From an uncultured Alphaproteobacteria bacterium (GTDB taxonomy: Bacteria > Pseudomonadota > Alphaproteobacteria > Methylaequorales > Methylaequoraceae): 64,000 nucleotides of DNA. This document shows, in pieces, positions 58,431-64,000 of this stretch. Made by a program: the position numbers and the translations under genes. The stretch is from the NCBI GenBank assembly GCA_902617375.1, contig CACMWI010000001.1, positions 64,090 through 128,089 on the forward strand, read 5' to 3'. Numbering within the stretch: position 1 is the stretch's first letter; the number at the start of each line of letters is the position of its first letter. The notes below the pieces were generated by a model. That model saw only the letters and a program-made list of their open reading frames with translations. It did not search any database and was not told the origin of the DNA.

Positions 58431-60817
58431 TATCTTAATTTCGCTTTAAATTGTGTCTTAGCTTGAGAAATTATTTTAGTGGATAACTCATTAATTTCAT
58501 TTTCGCTTAGAGTTTTTGAGTCCGATTGGATAATCACTTCCAAAGCAATTGCCCGCAAATTTTCATTCTCATAATTATCAAAAACTTTTACATCGGAGAT
58601 TATGTCTCTATCAATGTTTTTAATATAATTAACAAGATCTATTGACTTAAGCCTTTTATCCACTTCAAAAGAAAAGTCCCTTACTGAGTGTTGAAAATTA
58701 GATTCGAAAAATTTGTTTTTTGTTTGAATTCTTTTTTTTATATTTTCTAAAATCTCTGAAATATATAACTCAAGAATAATGACCGTATTTTTAATCTTAA
58801 AACTTTTTGAAACATTAGGATGAATCTCACCAAAACTAGCAATTTTTAATTCAGAAAAATATACGGAACAACTTTTTCCTGGATGAAAAAAATTATTATT
58901 TTCGTTTTTAATTTTGATCTTATCTAAGGGTATTTTCAGTAATCTAAGCAAACTTACTAAATCGGATTTTATATCAAAAACATCGTAATTTCTGTTATCA
59001 GTAGTCCAATTTTTGTCTGTTGCTTTTCCCGACCTAATTATTGTTAGACGGTCTTTTTGCTCGCCTGGGTTAATACCAGTGAAAACTGGTCCTATTTCAA
59101 ATATTGATATATTTTGGCGATCTTTATTATTATTTTTGTTTACAATATTTAATAGTCCGCCTAATAGACTTTGTCGCAAACATGATAGTTCTTCACTGAT
59201 AGGGTTTTGAATTTCAATATTATCTGTATCTCCTATTACATTTTCCTCCCATTTTTTATTTGAAAACGACCAAGAAATTATTTCCATGATATTTCGACTC
59301 ACAAGAAGTTCTTTTATTTGTCTTTTTAATTTTTGAGTTTCAGAAGTAACACTTGTATCATTATTTTTCTTTAAATCGAAAGCTTTGTTTGGTATCTTTT
59401 CGTAACCTAAAAGTCTACCAACCTCCTCAACCAAGTCTTCTTTAATTTTTAAATCTTGTCTCCAAGATGGTGGTATTATTACAAAGTTATCTTGTAAGTC
59501 TGTTATTTGACAACCTAATTTAAATAATATTTCACAAATTGAATTTTCTTCTATTTCATGACCCAATATCTTTTCAAAAAACTTTTTCTCAACACTTATT
59601 TTAGTAAAAGATTTAGTCAGATCAGAATCAGAAATAATTGAACCAACTTTTCCCCCACAAAGTTTAAGTATCATCTCCGTAGAAAGTTCAATTCCATCAA
59701 ATGTAGATTCTGGGTCTATACCTCTTTCAAATCTATATCTTGCGTCGCTGATGATGTTTAATTTACGACCTGTTGACGCAACATTTTCTGGCATAAAATA
59801 TGCTGACTCAATAAGAATATTTTTAGTATTTTCATCACAAGAAGAATTCAATCCACCCATAACGCCAGCTAAACTTATTATTTTTTTTTCATCGCAGATT
59901 ACTATCATATCATTATCCAAAGTGTATTCTTTTTCGTCTAATCCAATAAATTTTTCTCCTCTTTTTGAATTTCTTATAGTTATATCTCCTTCAATTTTAT
60001 CTAAGTCAAATACGTGTAATGGTCTGCAATAGTCAACAGTCAAATAATTAGTAACATCCACCAATGCGGATATAACTTTTAATCCTGACCCTCCAAATCG
60101 CTTGATAATCTTTTCTGGAGACTGACAATTTTTTACGTTCGTCATTTGTCGAAGTGAAAACTGAGGGCATGAATCAGATTTAAGTGTATTATTGATTTTT
60201 ATTTTACTTTCGAAATCATTTTCAATTTTTTTTATTTTTTTTTGTTTCAACTTCCCAAATCCAGATGCACTAAGATCTCTTGCAATACCGAAAACACTTG
60301 CACAATCAACTCTATTTGGTGTTATGGCAATTTCAATTTCTATAATTTCATCATCTATATATTTATTGAAATCTTCCCCAACTTTGGCGTTTTCATTTAA
60401 TTCAATAATACCCTCTGATTCCTCAGATAAATTTAATTCTTCTTCAGAGCACAACATCCCTTGAGACTCAACCCCTCTAATCTTACTTTTTTTGATTTTA
60501 AATTGATCTTCTTTATTGGGTTTAACTATACATCCAACACTTGCGAGTACTGTTTTCATATTCTTTTTTACATTTGAAGCACCGCAAACAATTTTCAAAA
60601 TTTCTTTTCCGTTATTCACATCACAAATTTTCAATTTGTCTGCATTCGGATGTGAGTTGATTTCTACGACCTCTGAAACAATGAAGTTATTAAGATCATT
60701 TTTTGGATTTTTTACTTCCTCAACCTCTAGACCAATAGAGGTTAATTTTTGGCATAATGAATCTACAGATGAATCAAACTCAAGGTATTCTTTTAACCAT
60801 GCTAACGTGAATCTCAC
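58430..60817 (-). CDS. pheT: Phenylalanine--tRNA ligase beta subunit
   Basis: 795 aa with an N-terminal tRNA-binding domain and B3/4 and B5 domains. It lies downstream of pheS. Confidence 0.9.
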   Translation of the reverse strand: MRFTLAWLKEYLEFDSSVDSLCQKLTSIGLEVEEVKNPKNDLNNFIVSEVVEINSHPNADKLKICDVNNGKEILKIVCGASNVKKNMKTVLASVGCIVKPNKEDQFKIKKSKIRGVESQGMLCSEEELNLSEESEGIIELNENAKVGEDFNKYIDDEIIEIEIAITPNRVDCASVFGIARDLSASGFGKLKQKKIKKIENDFESKIKINNTLKSDSCPQFSLRQMTNVKNCQSPEKIIKRFGGSGLKVISALVDVTNYLTVDYCRPLHVFDLDKIEGDITIRNSKRGEKFIGLDEKEYTLDNDMIVICDEKKIISLAGVMGGLNSSCDENTKNILIESAYFMPENVASTGRKLNIISDARYRFERGIDPESTFDGIELSTEMILKLCGGKVGSIISDSDLTKSFTKISVEKKFFEKILGHEIEENSICEILFKLGCQITDLQDNFVIIPPSWRQDLKIKEDLVEEVGRLLGYEKIPNKAFDLKKNNDTSVTSETQKLKRQIKELLVSRNIMEIISWSFSNKKWEENVIGDTDNIEIQNPISEELSCLRQSLLGGLLNIVNKNNNKDRQNISIFEIGPVFTGINPGEQKDRLTIIRSGKATDKNWTTDNRNYDVFDIKSDLVSLLRLLKIPLDKIKIKNENNNFFHPGKSCSVYFSELKIASFGEIHPNVSKSFKIKNTVIILELYISEILENIKKRIQTKNKFFESNFQHSVRDFSFEVDKRLKSIDLVNYIKNIDRDIISDVKVFDNYENENLRAIALEVIIQSDSKTLSENEINELSTKIISQAKTQFKAKLR

Positions 60818-60818
60818 T

Positions 60819-61883
60819 TTACCTCCAAATCAAGTCAGTTTTCTCAAAAAAATTAAATCCATAATGCTCTAACCACTTTAAATCACTATCAAAAAAATCT
60901 CGAAGATCAGGCATTCCATATTTTAGCATGGCGAGCCTTTCTATCCCCATCCCAAATGCAAAACCCGTGACATCTTGTTTAACTCCTGACATTTTAAAAA
61001 CTTCAGGATGAACAAGACCACAACCTAAAATTTCCATCCATTTGTCACCCTCCCCAATAACAATTTTTCCTGACTCTTTTTTAAAATTTATATCGACCTC
61101 AGCTGATGGCTCGGTGAATGGAAAATATGAAGGTCTAAATCTAAGTTTAAGATCGTTTTTTTCAAAAAAAGTTTTACAAAAAGATTCTACGAACCATTTT
61201 AAATTTGCAAATGTTATATCCTTGTCTACCACCAAACCCTCAACTTGATGAAACATAGGCGTATGTGTCATATCTGAATCACATCTATATGTTCTTCCGG
61301 GTGCAAAAATTTTCAATGGAAGTTTATTTTTTTTTAGAGAACGAATTTGCACTGGCGATGTATGAGTTCTTAAAACGAATTTTTCATGAGTTTTACTTTT
61401 AATGTAGAATGTATCATGCATTTGTCTTGCTGGGTGATTTTCCGGAATATTCAACGCCGAAAAGTTATGAAAATCATCTTCGATATCTGGTCCCTCTTCA
61501 TAGGATAAACCCATGTCACCTAAAATATTAACTATTTCGTTGGTAGTGTGACTTATTGGATGAACTTTTGCTTCAATAAAATTAACTTCACGAGCTGGTA
61601 ATGATAAATCTATAAAATCATTCTCTAATTTTTTATTTATTTCTAAGTTTTCAATCTGGTTTTTCTTTCTAGAAAAGCAAGAAAAGAAAAGATTTTTAAA
61701 ACCATTTAACTTTTCACCCACACTTTTTTTCTCTTCAATAGACAATGTTGATAAAGATTTCAGTGCATTAGTAAAAGTACCATTTTTGCCGAAATATTTC
61801 ACTCTTACTTGTTCAAGCTTTTCACTTGCATTTGAATCTTCAACCTCTTTCAAGGCTGATTGAATTATTTCATCGTAATTCAT
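60819..61883 (-). CDS. pheS: Phenylalanine--tRNA ligase alpha subunit
   Basis: 354 aa with class II aaRS motifs 2 and 3 (FRPSYFPFTEPSAEVD, GFAFGMGIERLAML). Confidence 0.92.
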   Translation of the reverse strand: MNYDEIIQSALKEVEDSNASEKLEQVRVKYFGKNGTFTNALKSLSTLSIEEKKSVGEKLNGFKNLFFSCFSRKKNQIENLEINKKLENDFIDLSLPAREVNFIEAKVHPISHTTNEIVNILGDMGLSYEEGPDIEDDFHNFSALNIPENHPARQMHDTFYIKSKTHEKFVLRTHTSPVQIRSLKKNKLPLKIFAPGRTYRCDSDMTHTPMFHQVEGLVVDKDITFANLKWFVESFCKTFFEKNDLKLRFRPSYFPFTEPSAEVDINFKKESGKIVIGEGDKWMEILGCGLVHPEVFKMSGVKQDVTGFAFGMGIERLAMLKYGMPDLRDFFDSDLKWLEHYGFNFFEKTDLIWR

Positions 61884-61895
61884 TCTAGGGTTGCT

Positions 61896-62246
61896 TTAAG
61901 CAGCCTTTACTTTTGCCACTATTTCTTTAAAAGATTCTGGTTCGAGCGCAGCAATATCGGCTAAGACTTTTCTGTTAAAATTAAGATTAACTTTTTTCAA
62001 TCCATTCATAAAGGTCGAGTATTTTATTCCATTTAATCTACACCCTGCGTTTATCCTTTGAATCCAAAGTCTTCTAAACTCTCTTTTTTTTACTTTTCTA
62101 TCTCTGTAAGCGTACTGCCCTGCTTTTTCAACAGCTTGGTTGGCCACTTTAAAAGTGTTTTTTCTTCTTCCAAAATAACCTTTAGCTCTCTTTAAAATTT
62201 TTTTGTGTCTTGACCTTGTTACACTGCCTGCTTTCACTCGTGACAT
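61896..62246 (-). CDS. rplT: 50S ribosomal protein L20
   Basis: 116 aa ([29 protein letters not shown]…). Confidence 0.92.
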   Translation of the reverse strand: MSRVKAGSVTRSRHKKILKRAKGYFGRRKNTFKVANQAVEKAGQYAYRDRKVKKREFRRLWIQRINAGCRLNGIKYSTFMNGLKKVNLNFNRKVLADIAALEPESFKEIVAKVKAA

Positions 62247-62251
62247 CTAGA

Positions 62252-62455
62252 TTACCTTAGTTTCGCATTAATATATTTTTTCACAATTTTTGTATCTTGT
62301 TTGGACATCACAGTTGGACCTCTTGACGACCTTTTCATGGTTTTAGTTCTTTTTGTTAGATTATGTCTTTTTCCGCTTGCAAACATCAACACTTTACCTG
62401 TTGCAGTTACTTTGAATCTTTTTTTTGTACCACTTTTTGTTTTTATTTTAGGCAT
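62252..62455 (-). CDS. rpmI: 50S ribosomal protein L35
   Basis: 67 aa starting [21 protein letters not shown]. The start is taken at the internal Met rather than the track's upstream Met at 62488. Confidence 0.85.
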   Translation of the reverse strand: MPKIKTKSGTKKRFKVTATGKVLMFASGKRHNLTKRTKTMKRSSRGPTVMSKQDTKIVKKYINAKLR

Positions 62456-62509
62456 AATAAAATTATTTATAGCGTTTTTTTTTGTCAAAGCAAGGTCGTT
62501 TTTTTAAAG

Positions 62510-63043
62510 CTATCTTGGTGCTACAACCATAATCATATGTTTGCCTTCGAGTGTTGGTACCTGCTCAATTTTTGCCAAGGGTTCTATCTCACTCTCTAAT
62601 TTTTTAAGAACATCCATGCCTCTTTGATGATATGCCATTTCTCTTCCTTTAAATCTTAATGTAATCTTGACTTTATCACCTCCATTTAGAAAACGTTGAA
62701 TAGACTTTAGTTTTACATCATAGTCATGGTCTTCGATGCCAGGTCTAAGTTTCACTTCTTTCACCTCAAAGGTTTTTTGTTTTTTTTTGGCTTCAGCCTG
62801 CTTTTTTTGTACTTGATACTTATATTTTCCATAATCTATGATTTTACAGACAGGAGGTGACGCATTGGGTGAAACTTCAACAAGATCCAAGCCCTGTTCA
62901 AATGCAAGTTTTACTGCATCCTGAACGTCATAAACTCCTAACATTTCCCCTTTTTCTGAGATTACTCTTACAGATTTAGATTTGATTCTTTCGTTGATAG
63001 CTGGACCTTGCAGCTTTGGTGAGTGAAATCTACCTTTATTCAT
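62510..63043 (-). CDS. infC: Translation initiation factor IF-3
   Basis: 177 aa (…VRVISEKGEMLGVYDVQDAVKLAFEQGLDLVEVSPNASPPVCKIIDYGKYKYQ…). The true start may be a non-ATG codon (AUU/AUA) upstream, as is typical for infC. Confidence 0.88.
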   Translation of the reverse strand: MNKGRFHSPKLQGPAINERIKSKSVRVISEKGEMLGVYDVQDAVKLAFEQGLDLVEVSPNASPPVCKIIDYGKYKYQVQKKQAEAKKKQKTFEVKEVKLRPGIEDHDYDVKLKSIQRFLNGGDKVKITLRFKGREMAYHQRGMDVLKKLESEIEPLAKIEQVPTLEGKHMIMVVAPR

Positions 63044-63118
63044 ATTTAACTAATTGCATACTTTAAAAAAATTCCTTTCATCCTGCAATTTACATTATCT
63101 CTTCAAAATATTCACACT

Positions 63119-64000
63119 TTAAGCAATTCTGCAAGAAATTTTTATTTTTTTTATGAAGTCTTCAACACTTAACTCATCCTGATTTTTAGTTCCCAAAGTT
63201 CTAAGAACAACTTGCTTATTTTTAACTTCCTTGTCTCCGATGATGCCAATAAAGTTTATTTTTTGGTTTGAGAGCTCTCTTATTTTATAATTCAATTTCT
63301 CGTTTCGAATGTCTGTAATACACTTTATATTTATTTTTTTTAAATCATTTGCTAATTCTTCTGCATAATTTATACAATTTGAATTAATTGTTGCTAGGGC
63401 AACTTGAATTGGACTTAACCAAGCAGGGAGTCTCCCTGAGTAATTTTCAATTAAAATACCAATAAATCTCTCAAATGAACCAAGGATTGCTCTGTGTAAC
63501 ATCACAGGCCTATATTTTTTTCCATCTTCTCCAATGTAAGAGGCATCCAATCTTTCTGGTAAAACAAAATCAACCTGAAGAGTTCCACACTGCCAATCTC
63601 TTCCAATTGCGTCTCTCAAAACAAACTCGAGTTTTGGACCATAAAAAGCCCCTTCCCCTGGATTGAGTTCATAGTTATACCCAGCCATTTCAACGGCATT
63701 TGTAAGGGATTTCTCAGCCCGATCCCAAACTTTATCACTACCTGCTCTATTAACCGGACGATCAGAAAACTTTATAACAACGTCTTTAAAGCCAAAATCT
63801 TCATACACTTCCATTAGTAGCTTACAAAATTCTGACGTCTCGGAAATTATTTGCTTCTCAGTACAGAAAATATGAGCATCATCTTGAACAAATGATCTTA
63901 ATCTCATTAAACCATGTAATGCACCTGACGGTTCGTTTCTATGGCAACAACCAAATTCAGACATTCTTAAAGGTAGCTGCTTATAACTTTTAATACCTTG
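63119..64000 (-). CDS. thrS: Threonine--tRNA ligase, C-terminal part (partial; the N-terminus lies beyond the window end)
   Basis: It has class II motif 3 and the anticodon-binding domain (…[29 protein letters not shown]…). It lies upstream of infC-rpmI-rplT-pheST as in many bacteria. Confidence 0.88.
   Translation of the reverse strand, partial: QGIKSYKQLPLRMSEFGCCHRNEPSGALHGLMRLRSFVQDDAHIFCTEKQIISETSEFCKLLMEVYEDFGFKDVVIKFSDRPVNRAGSDKVWDRAEKSLTNAVEMAGYNYELNPGEGAFYGPKLEFVLRDAIGRDWQCGTLQVDFVLPERLDASYIGEDGKKYRPVMLHRAILGSFERFIGILIENYSGRLPAWLSPIQVALATINSNCINYAEELANDLKKINIKCITDIRNEKLNYKIRELSNQKINFIGIIGDKEVKNKQVVLRTLGTKNQDELSVEDFIKKIKISCRIA

Noticed and set aside
62456-62488. N-terminal extension of L35 ([11 protein letters not shown]-)
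   Set aside because: Canonical L35 begins MPKIKTK, so the upstream in-frame ATG is unlikely to be used.
1-64000. CRISPR arrays, rRNA genes, IS elements and transposases
   Set aside because: The window has no regularly spaced direct repeats with unique spacers. It has no rRNA-like conserved stretches and no transposase-like ORF or terminal inverted repeats. The only repeats found are the att repeat, the leader modules, the TAGGGGTAA motifs and the SSR tract.

Overview
The window reads as a streamlined, AT-rich alphaproteobacterial chromosome segment, probably SAR11/Pelagibacterales-like. That assignment is inferred from gene content, synteny and composition only. About 49 kb is dense core genome with classic operons. 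On the + strand: metZ-apaG-trkH, rpmH-rnpA-yidC-engB, argB-HAD-dapD-dapE and yejABEF. On the - strand: argF-argD, nrdAB, panCB, truA-fmt-def, ffs-dnaX-ybaB-recR, pheA-kdsB, and lepA followed by thrS-infC-rpmI-rplT-pheST. Two tRNAs are present, Arg-ACG and Ser-GGA, together with an SRP RNA located 5' of dnaX on the same strand. A TonB-dependent receptor is followed by a PepSY gene that is interrupted by an in-frame TAA. The most unusual region is a ~7.4 kb island at 49183..56557 integrated at the 3' end of tRNA-Ser(GGA). It is bounded by an exact 23-bp direct repeat and carries a tyrosine integrase. Tandem TAGGGGTAA motifs sit just inside both ends. The cargo is small secreted/membrane proteins, three of which share a duplicated ~117-bp promoter+signal-peptide leader module fused to divergent two-cysteine mature domains, with a fourth decayed leader remnant. 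The island also has a ~700-bp non-coding core containing an AT/G-only trinucleotide repeat tract, a GC-rich block, and a 31-aa hydrophobic, KKK-terminated micro-ORF followed by a perfect rho-independent terminator (type-I-toxin-like). A MORN-repeat membrane protein completes the cargo.
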